The notes under the pieces were generated by a model. That model had not been told where the DNA came from and did not search any database. It saw nothing but the letters and a program-made list of their open reading frames with translations. A program made the translations under genes and the position numbers. Shown in pieces: positions 1 through 8,016 of a DNA stretch of 20,056 nt. The DNA is from Candidatus Jordarchaeia archaeon (GTDB taxonomy: Archaea > Asgardarchaeota > Jordiarchaeia > Jordiarchaeales > Jordiarchaeaceae): contig JAHQXB010000049.1 in NCBI GenBank assembly GCA_029856435.1, forward strand, positions 1 through 20,056, in the 5' to 3' direction. Every line of letters begins with the position of its first letter. Within the stretch, counting starts at the first letter, position 1.

Positions 1-49
1 AGAAAACCCATTAAATCTACTATTTAAAAGCAGCCATACACATGTGTCG

Positions 50-250
50 TGTAGCCGATTCCGGCCAAAGCCCGGAATGCGGGAAGTTTGAAAAGGTCAA
101 AAGGGGGGCAGGGCCGCAATTGGATGCATCCTCCCACCGAAGGCAGGAGAGAGGCGCCTGCTTCAACCGTTCCCCGGGCGAAAGCCCCCATGAAACCGGG
201 GGAGGAAGACTCAAAGCTATGCAAGGTTAGCGCTGGGTCAGAACGGTTCC
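50..250 (+). ncRNA. Candidate structured RNA; possible orphan TnpB omega-RNA or IS200/605- or IS607-type right-end remnant
   Basis: GC-rich island in AT-rich context with several stems: ATTCCGG 58-64/CCGGAAT 72-78; TTTGA 87-91/TCAAA 97-101; GGGC-GAAA-GCCC 176-187 (GNRA loop); CCCGG 173-177/CCGGG 196-200; long-range AACCGTTC 165-172/GAACGGTT 241-248. TATA-like TATTTAAA at 21-28. The family assignment is inferred from remembered resemblance to archaeal tnpB 3' ends. Confidence 0.4.
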
Positions 251-318
251 TATAAACTAAATGTTTATAAGATTTGCCTATTTGATTAAAAGTAGGCAGT
301 GTTTTTGGAGGAGAAATT

Positions 319-483
319 GTGGATAAAGAATGCAAAGTTTGCGCTCCCAAGGTTGGAAAAAAGGGAGAAATCGAAAATTATAACCTAGACGAGCTTAAAA
401 AATTAGCCCAAGTTGAACCCGAGCTTGACTCTGAAGAACTGGAAAACCTAGCCAAAAAGGAAAAAGTTAGGTGGAAAAAATAG
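319..483 (+). CDS. Small hypothetical protein (54 aa, N-terminal CxxC)
   Basis: GGAGGAG RBS at 307-313, GTG start at 319, TAG at 481-483. Translation: MDKECKVCAPKVGKKGEIENYNLDELKKLAQVEPELDSEELENLAKKEKVRWKK. Below the ORF-track length cutoff. Confidence 0.6.
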   Translation: MDKECKVCAPKVGKKGEIENYNLDELKKLAQVEPELDSEELENLAKKEKVRWKK

Positions 484-739
484 GCAGGGAGGCTTTTTTA
501 CAGAATTGTGTGCTTCTAAACATTTTCCATTTAAATTTGAGTGATCCCTGTGCCAAAAAAGAGAGTAACTGTTCACGGATTTTTCAAAACCATTGGGTCA
601 TAACCTGCCAAAAAAATCTTGTTTACAAAACATTTAATATTTAATTGGTGTTTAAATATTTAGGGTAAAATCACCATGTGAAGGGAACAAAAAACAGTGG
701 ATGATGTAAAAAGTTAATGTTCCTATTAGGGTGAAAAAT

Positions 740-889
740 TTGCCTAGAAAAGACAATAAGGATTTCAGTCCCATAGAAAAGAAGAGGAGAGAAAGATTCA
801 GAGCCAGAATAATTTCTGAAGGGTATGTTGACTATAGAGAGGACCAAGACTTTTTCAGGGAAGAGGGTGAAAAAGAGAAGAATAACTAA
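740..889 (+). CDS. Small charged hypothetical protein (49 aa)
   Basis: GGGTGA RBS just upstream of TTG at 740 (alternative in-frame GTG at 731), TAA at 887-889. Translation: MPRKDNKDFSPIEKKRRERFRARIISEGYVDYREDQDFFREEGEKEKNN. Purine-rich, coding-like composition. Confidence 0.55.
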   Translation: MPRKDNKDFSPIEKKRRERFRARIISEGYVDYREDQDFFREEGEKEKNN

Positions 890-1082
890 AATTACCTCCC
901 AAAAATAAAATCCTTCCCTCCCTTAAAAACTTCTGACTCTACACTGCCTTCTGACTGGAACCAAAATAGTGCATAGAAGGCGAGGTTACTTTCAAAATAT
1001 TTTCTACTGGCGCAAAAATTTAATAGTTCCATAGTGTTATTCATAGAAAAGCTCACTTGTTGGTTTGGAGGTTGGGTTGGTT

Positions 1083-1841
1083 TTGAAGGTTGTTTACCAC
1101 GAAATGTACAAAATTGTTTACGCTTCTGATCCCGCAGCTAAGGCGGGACGGATTGAGAGTATTTATGACGCCCTTTATAAGCATTTTGAGTTTGTAGAGC
1201 CTAAACCAGCCACTGAGGAGGATATACGGAGGGCTCATACACAGAGGCACATTGATTCCATTAAAAGTGACAAGAGGCTTTATGAGGTGGCGGCTCTTTC
1301 AGCTGGCGGCGCTATTTTGGCTGCCGAAATCGCTTATGGTGGGGAGCCTGCTTTTGGTTTGATTCGTCCTCCTGGTCACCATGCCTCTAGGGACTCCTGT
1401 TGGGGGTTCTGCTTCTTTAACAATATGGCTATTGCCATTTTGAAGTTGAGAAGTGAGGGCAAAGCCGAGAAAGTGTTCATTCTGGACTTTGATTTGCACT
1501 TTGGGGATGGGACGGTGAACATTCTAGGAGGTTTACCTGGAATTTCCATCCTTAATCCAAATCACGGCGGTAGAAAAGAGTACTTGGAGGAAATTTCGGA
1601 GAAATTGAAGGTTGAAGCTGCCCGAGGATGTGACATTGTTGCGTGTTCCGCTGGCTTTGATGAGTACGAGTTGGACTGGGGAGGCCGATTAAAAACTGAA
1701 GACTATAATACAATTGGCGCCATGGTGAAGGAGTTTTCAGAAAAATTTTGTTCGGGGAGGCGCTTCGCAATCTTGGAGGGCGGATATTATCACCGGGATT
1801 TGGGTAAAAATGTAAAGGCGTTCCTAGATGGTTTCGGCTAA
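1083..1841 (+). CDS. Histone deacetylase/acetoin utilisation AcuC-family Zn-dependent deacetylase
   Basis: Motifs RPPGHHA, GFCFFNN, LDFDLHFGDGT, SAGFD and EGGY. The ORF track opens at 1065; GGAGGT at 1067-1072 favours a TTG start at 1083 (or 1077). Confidence 0.93.
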   Translation: MKVVYHEMYKIVYASDPAAKAGRIESIYDALYKHFEFVEPKPATEEDIRRAHTQRHIDSIKSDKRLYEVAALSAGGAILAAEIAYGGEPAFGLIRPPGHHASRDSCWGFCFFNNMAIAILKLRSEGKAEKVFILDFDLHFGDGTVNILGGLPGISILNPNHGGRKEYLEEISEKLKVEAARGCDIVACSAGFDEYELDWGGRLKTEDYNTIGAMVKEFSEKFCSGRRFAILEGGYYHRDLGKNVKAFLDGFG

Positions 1842-1973
1842 TAGGTTGAAAACTTCTGAGGCTGAGGGCTTTGCTTTTTTTGGGTCTGTTTCTGAATTGT
1901 GCGCTCCAAAAAGATTTAATATGTTAAATATTTTTAATATATACTAAAGCATAAATTTGGATAGGCAGTAACC

Positions 1974-2729
1974 ATGGAGAAGAGATTTAAAGAAATCGCC
2001 GATAATATTACGAAGTTTATGCCCAAGAAATGTTACTTGGCATTTCTAGATGATAGTGGCAATATACTCTATTCTTCACTTATGGCAGAATCCGAGTCCG
2101 CTGTCAAACAGCTAAGTAGAGTTTTCCCAGTTTGGAGCCCAGGGGATTACCAGCTTAAAAAGTTGCCAAAAAGCAATCTACTGATTTATAAGGCTTCTCC
2201 CCGTATAATCCTTGCTATAGAGAGCTATGAAAAAGAAGGGGTTTTAATTGTTGCCGGTAAACGCATAGAAGAGAATTACATGGACTTATTCAGAGAGCTG
2301 GAAAAAGAGCTTCCGGCCCCTGGGGTCAAGGCAATATCTGAAACAGTCTCTGAGGCGTCCCTCAAGGTTGCACAAGGAGTTTCCGCAGCAGAAGAACTCG
2401 AAATAGCTAAATCAATCCCAGAGGAGGCTTATGCTAAAGAAATAGAGGGAGAAAAAATCAGCGAGCCAGTTTTAGCTCCCCCCTCCCAAAAAGAAGCCGA
2501 AGTAACCGTAACTGTGAGTTTTCCTGTGCTTGTCGACAAGAATATTTTGAAAAAGGTGAAGGAACCAATGGCCATAGCTATTCTCCAGCTTTGCGACGGT
2601 GACCATACTGTTGATGATATCGCAGAGGAACTCGGTATATCTAAAGCGCGAGTAATGATAACAACCGGCGATTTTGGAGCGAAGGGAGCACTAAAATATG
2701 TTTCGGGATTTAGGAAAATAAAGAGGTGA
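1974..2729 (+). CDS. Roadblock/longin/profilin-like N-terminal domain + acidic linker + C-terminal winged helix-turn-helix protein
   Basis: The first ~110 aa show a helix, beta-hairpin (YLAFLDDSGNILYSS), helix, three strands (YQLKK, NLLIYK, IILAIES), helix pattern. An E/A/K/P-rich linker follows. The C-terminal PVL...ILQLCDGDHTVDDIAEELGISKARV is a wHTH pattern. The fold call is inferred. Confidence 0.7.
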   Translation: MEKRFKEIADNITKFMPKKCYLAFLDDSGNILYSSLMAESESAVKQLSRVFPVWSPGDYQLKKLPKSNLLIYKASPRIILAIESYEKEGVLIVAGKRIEENYMDLFRELEKELPAPGVKAISETVSEASLKVAQGVSAAEELEIAKSIPEEAYAKEIEGEKISEPVLAPPSQKEAEVTVTVSFPVLVDKNILKKVKEPMAIAILQLCDGDHTVDDIAEELGISKARVMITTGDFGAKGALKYVSGFRKIKR

Positions 2730-2734
2730 AAAAT

Positions 2735-3286
2735 ATGGGTGTAAAAGGAGTATTAGCTTGGAGAGTCAAAGCCGAAAAAATTAACGTACTAGTTTATAGA
2801 TCCTTAGTACAAGCTTTAATTAGCTATTTAACGAAAATTCATGGGGATATGGCAATAGTTAATCAGGAGTTAAAGAAAATTGGGAGAGATATGGGTGAAT
2901 TTATCTATACCCGATATTTAGCTGCAACTCAAAGACCTGCAAAAAGTCTAGAAGAATTAGCTGATCCTAAGTCCGCCTACAACCTTGGATTCAAATTCTT
3001 CACAGGAACAACTTTTGACAAAACAGAATTCAAGAGAGAAGGAAGCGATGTGTACATAACTTACTCCATAGCGGATTGTCCACTCTGTAAAGATCTGATT
3101 TCGCCCTCACCTCAATTGTTTATGTGTAATACACTGTCTGGAATCCTAGAATGGATTGAAGAACATAGATTAGCAGATTGGGGTGCAGAGTCGGTTACTT
3201 GCAATGAGGTGCTCTGCCGAACCCGTGGAGACCCAGTATGCCAGTTCGTATACCATTTTCATCTGAAGAAACCTGAATTATTCTAA
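2735..3286 (+). CDS. V4R-domain, TRAPP Bet3 (TRAPPC3)-like protein
   Basis: VNQELKKIGRDMG, GFKFFTG, DCPLC, CNTLSGIL and EVLCRTRGDPVCQF follow the Bet3/V4R fold pattern. GAGGTGA RBS at 2723-2729 overlaps the upstream stop and favours ATG 2735 (the ORF track starts at GTG 2726). Confidence 0.8.
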   Translation: MGVKGVLAWRVKAEKINVLVYRSLVQALISYLTKIHGDMAIVNQELKKIGRDMGEFIYTRYLAATQRPAKSLEELADPKSAYNLGFKFFTGTTFDKTEFKREGSDVYITYSIADCPLCKDLISPSPQLFMCNTLSGILEWIEEHRLADWGAESVTCNEVLCRTRGDPVCQFVYHFHLKKPELF

Positions 3287-3309
3287 AAGACAATTCTTTG
3301 GGGATGGGG

Positions 3310-3324
3310 GCTTCCTTTTTTATT
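3310..3324 (+). terminator. Possible oligo-T archaeal terminator
   Basis: CTTCCTTTTTTATT lies about 25 nt after the stop of the Bet3-like gene. Archaeal intrinsic termination uses U-rich tracts. Confidence 0.3.
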
Positions 3325-3500
3325 AGAACTGTTAAAATGGGTGAACCCACAATTCTTAACGTATTTTTCCGATTCGAAGTATACACCAATATTTTTTGTT
3401 TCCCTCTCCCATTCTCTTAATTTACGGGAATTAAATTTTTATAGTGAGAGTAAACTTTTTCTGTAGTCAACAGTCTGTGATTGATGCTGGTTGGATAGTT

Positions 3501-4898
3501 ATGAGAATGCGGAGAGAGCTGGATCCGTTAGGAGAGAAGGAGGTGCCATTTGAGGCTTATTATGGAATTCAGACTCAAAGAGCCCTAGAAAATTTTCCCG
3601 TTAGTGGGTTGAGGGAACACCCCTTTTTTGTAAAGGCTTACGTTATGGTAAAGAAGGCTGCTGCTCTAACCAATATGGAGGTGGGTTTTCTAGATCCCAA
3701 AATAGGGAAGGCCATAGTTCAAGCTTGTGATGAAGTTCTGGAAGGCAAACTAATGGACCAATTTGTGGTGGATGTTTTCCAGGCAGGGGCGGGTACCTCC
3801 TTTAATATGAATGTAAATGAGGTGCTGGCTAATCGCGCCTTGGAAATCATTGGGAGGCCAAAAGGTGAATACAAAACAATAAGCCCAAACGACCACGTTA
3901 ATATGGCCCAGTCAACTAATGATACCTTTCCCACCGCTATGCATGTAGCCACACTTCTAGCTCTACAAAAACTGTTTAGTGTTCTGGAAAATCTAAGAGA
4001 TGCTTTTCGCAAGAAGGGGGAGGAATTTTCAGACGTAATAAAATCTGGGAGAACCCACCTTAATGACGCGTTACCAGTTACTTTGGGACAGGAATTCCAG
4101 GCCTACGCGTCAGCAATAGACCGAGCCTTAAGACAGTTAAAAATTAGGAAACAGGAGATAGAAGAAGTAGCTTTGGGGGGCACAGCAACTGGAACTGGCG
4201 TTAATACCCACCCCAAATATAGAGAAACAGTGGTGAAAAAGCTCTCTGAAATAAGTTCTCTTAACCTCAAACCAGCCTCTGACCCCTTCGAAGCACAACA
4301 GAGCCAACTCAAAATAGCCACAGTATCAAGTGGACTAAAAGAACTAGCCCTGGAACTAATTCGCATCGCAAATGACCTACGTCTCCTCAACTCGGGACCA
4401 ACCACTGGCCTCTCAGAAATTGTACTACCCGCAGTTCAACCAGGCTCATCAATAATGCCCGGGAAAGTGAATCCCGTGATGTGTGAGTGCCTAAATATGA
4501 TAGGTTTCCAAATCGTGGGAAACGACCTCACCATATCACTGGCCGTGCAGGCAGGACAACTAGAACTAAACGTGATGATGCCCGTAATAATCCACAACCT
4601 CCTCCAATCCATAGAACTCTTGGTAAACTATCTTCCCGTTTTTACTACAAAATGTATTTTGGACATAAAAGCCAACCGTGAAAGGTGCAAAGAGTACCTC
4701 GAAAAGAACCCCTCGCTGGTCACCCTTCTATCGCCACACATTGGATACCTTAAGGCGGCTGAAATCGCAAAAGAAGCACTCAGCAGAGGAATATCCGTCA
4801 GAAAGTTGGTTTTAGAAAAGGGATTAATGGACAAAAAAACAATAGAAGAAATCTTCCAACCTGATTCCCTAATAGGAGCCAAAAAAAGAACCACCTGA
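3501..4898 (+). CDS. aspA: Aspartate ammonia-lyase / class II fumarate hydratase family lyase
   Basis: RELDPLGEKEVPFEAYYGIQTQRA, GAGTSFNMNVNE, GRTH and the signature GSSIMPGKVNP. GAGTS is closer to aspartases than to FumC (GSGTS). Likely start is ATG 3501 (the track opens at 3444). Confidence 0.85.
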   Translation: MRMRRELDPLGEKEVPFEAYYGIQTQRALENFPVSGLREHPFFVKAYVMVKKAAALTNMEVGFLDPKIGKAIVQACDEVLEGKLMDQFVVDVFQAGAGTSFNMNVNEVLANRALEIIGRPKGEYKTISPNDHVNMAQSTNDTFPTAMHVATLLALQKLFSVLENLRDAFRKKGEEFSDVIKSGRTHLNDALPVTLGQEFQAYASAIDRALRQLKIRKQEIEEVALGGTATGTGVNTHPKYRETVVKKLSEISSLNLKPASDPFEAQQSQLKIATVSSGLKELALELIRIANDLRLLNSGPTTGLSEIVLPAVQPGSSIMPGKVNPVMCECLNMIGFQIVGNDLTISLAVQAGQLELNVMMPVIIHNLLQSIELLVNYLPVFTTKCILDIKANRERCKEYLEKNPSLVTLLSPHIGYLKAAEIAKEALSRGISVRKLVLEKGLMDKKTIEEIFQPDSLIGAKKRTT

Positions 4899-4969
4899 AG
4901 AGCTTACATAAGCTACGCTTCTTAGAAAAAGAACGAGAACATGTCCTTATGGCAAACTTTCATACGCTA

Positions 4970-5099
4970 TAGAGTTTCTCACTAATTTTTTCCTAAACCT
5001 ATCCTTAACCCGGGGGTTATTTAAGACTTCTTTTACCAAAAAAGGCGGAAAAACCATACTTTCTGGAAGCGAAAAGGAAAAAATTAAATGGAAAGTCTA
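4970..5099 (+). mobile_element. MITE-like element, family A, copy 1 (130 bp; TA-flanked, IS630-like ends)
   Basis: Imperfect 25-bp TIRs (TAGAGTTTCTCACTAATTTTTTCCT vs TAGACTTTCCATTTAATTTTTTCCT, 20/25), TA on both sides (4968-4969, 5100-5101), no ORF. A second copy lies in reverse orientation at 18554-18681. Confidence 0.8.
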
Positions 5100-5363
5100 T
5101 AGAGTGTTTTTAGATAGAAATATGAAAGCTTTTTCACGGTAAAGAACGAAAACATTGTCTTTGCAGCAAAATTGGTTGTTCTTACACAAAAAATAAATCT
5201 TTGCTTCTGGGGATTATTTCGTCTCTGAAAAGTTGTTTGCTCCCCTTTTTATAGATATTAAAAATTTAATATTGAAAAAAAATAATATTTTTAAATCCAA
5301 AATACTTAAATTCTGAAAAATATAATAGAACCAATTCAATCGGAGGAGATGGAGGCAATATAA

Positions 5364-7010
5364 TTGGCTGAAAAAGTGTACCTTTCAAAACCTTGGTTAA
5401 AAAATTATGACGAAGACGTTCCCAAAACCATAAACTATCCCAAAATACCTATCTATGAAACCCTCAACGCCTCAGTGAAAAAATTCCCAGACAAGCCAGC
5501 GCTTTTTTGGGGCAAAAGAACAATAACCTACGAAGAATTGGGAGAATATGTAGACCGTTTCGCCAATGCTCTAACAGGTATGGGCGTTAAAAAGGGCAGT
5601 AGAGTAGCACTCCTTATGCTTAACGTTCCACAATACGTAATAAGCATATACGCAATACTTAAAGCTGGAGGGACAGTGGTAGGAATAAACCCCCTACTCT
5701 CACCCCGAGAAATAGAATTCATACTAAACGACTCAGGAGCGGAAACAATAATATCCCTAGACCTATTCCTCTCCCGAGTAAACGAAGTCAAACCCAACAC
5801 CAAACTTAAAAACATAATCATAGCCGGCTTGGGCGACTTCCCACAGCAGCCAGGACCCCTAGCAGAGCCTAAAGAGGTGGAAGGAGCAAAACAGTTCCTC
5901 ACCCTAATCAAAACTCACCAACCTCAACCTCCAAAAATAAAAATTGACCCCGAAGAAGACGAGGCAATCCTACAGTATACAGGAGGCACCACCGGCCTTC
6001 CAAAGGGCGTGGTTCTCACCCACCGCAACATGGTATGCAACATATACCAAGTCTACACCTGGTTCAATCCCTCTTTTGGAACAGACACCTTCTGCTCAGC
6101 TTTCCCCATATTCCACGTAGCTGGACTGATAGTTTGCTTGGTAGCGATAACCATTGGGGGGGCCCAGTGCCTAGTATGGAACCCCCGAGACACAGACAAC
6201 ATAATACAACTAATAAACGATTACAACCCCAAATGGATAGTGAACGTACCCACCCTATACATGATGCTCCTAAAGAATCCCAAATTCTTCGAATCCAAAG
6301 TAGTCAACGCCGAACAGTTTTTAAGCGCTGCAGCCCCCATGCCCGTGGAAATCATTAAAGAATTACAAACGAAAACCAAAGGTGTAGTAGTGGAGATTTG
6401 GGGACTCACAGAGGCAAGTCCCTGTGCCACAATTATGCCCTACAAAGGCAAGAAAAAAATTGGCTCCGTAGGTTTGCCTATTGCAGACACCATAGTCAAG
6501 GTCGTGGACATTAACACAAGGGAAGCTTTGCCTGCGGGTGAAAAAGGCGAACTAGCAGTGTACGGTCCGCAGGTGTTCTACAAGGGTTACTGGAACAAGC
6601 CTGAAGAAACCGCCCACACTCTTAAGGACGGCTGGCTGTTTACGGGAGACGTGGGTTACATGGATGAGGACGGCTACTTCTACATAGTAGACCGCACAAA
6701 GGACATGATTAACGTTTCAGGATACAAAGTCTTCTCCAGAGAAGTGGACGAGGTGGTTCACCAGCACCCAGCAGTGGCTCTGGCTGCGACTGTTGGCGTG
6801 CCAGATCCCGAACGCCCAGGCAGTGAACGGGTAAAGGTATTCATAGTTTTAAAGGAAGGCTACCAGGAAAGTCCAGAATTGAAGGAGGACATTATGAATT
6901 TTCTAAGAAACAATTTGGCCAAGTATAAGGTGCCAAAAATTATTGAGTTCCGCAAGGAACTTCCTATGAGTTTAACAGGGAAGGTTCTAAAAAGGCAGTT
7001 GAGAGAGTAG
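5364..7010 (+). CDS. fadD: Long-chain-fatty-acid--CoA ligase (AMP-binding, FadD-like)
   Basis: YTGGTTGLPKG AMP-binding motif, WGLTEASP, GWLFTGDVG, DRTKDMINVSGYKV and the terminal GKVLKRQL lysine. GGAGG RBS before a TTG start. Substrate cannot be determined from sequence. Confidence 0.9.
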   Translation: MAEKVYLSKPWLKNYDEDVPKTINYPKIPIYETLNASVKKFPDKPALFWGKRTITYEELGEYVDRFANALTGMGVKKGSRVALLMLNVPQYVISIYAILKAGGTVVGINPLLSPREIEFILNDSGAETIISLDLFLSRVNEVKPNTKLKNIIIAGLGDFPQQPGPLAEPKEVEGAKQFLTLIKTHQPQPPKIKIDPEEDEAILQYTGGTTGLPKGVVLTHRNMVCNIYQVYTWFNPSFGTDTFCSAFPIFHVAGLIVCLVAITIGGAQCLVWNPRDTDNIIQLINDYNPKWIVNVPTLYMMLLKNPKFFESKVVNAEQFLSAAAPMPVEIIKELQTKTKGVVVEIWGLTEASPCATIMPYKGKKKIGSVGLPIADTIVKVVDINTREALPAGEKGELAVYGPQVFYKGYWNKPEETAHTLKDGWLFTGDVGYMDEDGYFYIVDRTKDMINVSGYKVFSREVDEVVHQHPAVALAATVGVPDPERPGSERVKVFIVLKEGYQESPELKEDIMNFLRNNLAKYKVPKIIEFRKELPMSLTGKVLKRQLRE

Positions 7011-7218
7011 AAAAGAGTCACAGAAAAGTGGATTCCATGGATTGCAACCTTTTTTCTTGTCTTCAAGGCAACCCATTTGCTCTTTTTGTCTTCTAAAAAG
7101 TTGGTTCGTTTCTTTCTGATGATCACATACACGTTGAACCATGTCCGAAGGTTCCTACCAAAATTAAATTTTGGAATCTTTGATAAAAGGCGTGTCCTCT
7201 CCTATAACTTCGGCTGAG

Positions 7219-8016
7219 TCAAGTTGAGATGCTGTTTTCCGCCTCAACTTCTAACCTCACCATAGCAACATGAACAAAACCATCGTTGTCTAATGGGCGC
7301 TTTTCAACGTACTTATCCACCAATTCTTCGATGAATTTTTCTCGCAGTTCTGGAGGTACCCTCTTAGTATAAGGAAGCCAAGTTGTGCGAATCCATGCGG
7401 ATAGACCTTCTTTTCCCTTCTGAACCATATCTTTTGGGATTAACTCCACACGTTTAGCCTTGAGACCCGCTTGTTCCAGCCATTCTCTGTACTCTTCAGG
7501 TCCGTAAAAGCCGTATGGGAAAGTGAAATTTGTAAAGTACCTACCCCACTTCTTACTTTTTATCATAGTTTCCATAACCTCTAGGATTTTAGTGGCGTTT
7601 CCTCTTCCCCCCATTTGGAGCAGAACTTTTCCATTGGGCTTTAAGCTGTTTTTTATCCCTTTGAGTACGGTTAAGTGATCTATGATCCAGTGTAGAGTAG
7701 CGTTGGAAAAAACTACATCGAATTCCGCTCTGAACTTCATATTCCTCGCATCTAGAACCATAAAAGAGAGATTAGGGAATTTCTCCTTGGGAAATTTTTT
7801 TTGAGCGAAACGTATTTGCTCTTCCGAGTTGTCAATACCTAGAACCGAGCCCTTCGGCACCTTTTCGGCGAGTTCAGCAGTGATTTTTCCGTCGCCGCAT
7901 CCAATATCCAAAACTCTTTCGCTTCCTCTAAGCTGGAGTTTAAATATGAGTTCTCGCGCCCACTTCTGCTGTTCTGATGAACTTTTGTGATACTCCTCGG
8001 CATCCCACTCATACAT
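7219..8016 (-). CDS. Class I SAM-dependent methyltransferase, trans-aconitate methyltransferase (Tam)-like
   Basis: WDAEEY N-terminus, VLDIGCGDG motif I, FDVVFSNATLHW and LKPNGKVLLQ. GAGGAG RBS upstream. Confidence 0.88.
   Translation of the reverse strand: MYEWDAEEYHKSSSEQQKWARELIFKLQLRGSERVLDIGCGDGKITAELAEKVPKGSVLGIDNSEEQIRFAQKKFPKEKFPNLSFMVLDARNMKFRAEFDVVFSNATLHWIIDHLTVLKGIKNSLKPNGKVLLQMGGRGNATKILEVMETMIKSKKWGRYFTNFTFPYGFYGPEEYREWLEQAGLKAKRVELIPKDMVQKGKEGLSAWIRTTWLPYTKRVPPELREKFIEELVDKYVEKRPLDNDGFVHVAMVRLEVEAENSIST

Noticed and set aside
50-250. Identity as SRP RNA, RNase P RNA, SAM/cobalamin riboswitch or group II intron
   Set aside because: Only isolated words match (GAGGAAG, ATGAAACC). 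The ordered conserved motifs of these RNAs are missing.
20-350. ORFs 20-214, 24-350 and 42-230
   Set aside because: No RBS or recognisable family. They overlap a stem-rich GC island better explained as an RNA or element end.
549-602. 17-aa ORF MPKKRVTVHGFFKTIGS after GAGTGAT
   Set aside because: Too short to distinguish from chance, and the RBS is imperfect.
630-665. AT-rich palindromes (TAAATATTTA; similar TTAATAT tracts near 1915-1940 and 5255-5290) as a shared operator
   Set aside because: Expected by chance in AT-rich archaeal promoter regions; no fixed spacing or consensus.
3719-6430. Antisense and alternate-frame ORFs within aspA and fadD (also those within HDAC, SDR, pyk, cooC, Fe-S and flavodoxin genes)
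   Set aside because: Shadow ORFs of well-supported genes, with no motifs.
7011-7218. Minus ORF 6860-7132 and possible gene remnant between fadD and the methyltransferase
   Set aside because: Overlaps fadD antisense, interrupted by stops, no identifiable family.
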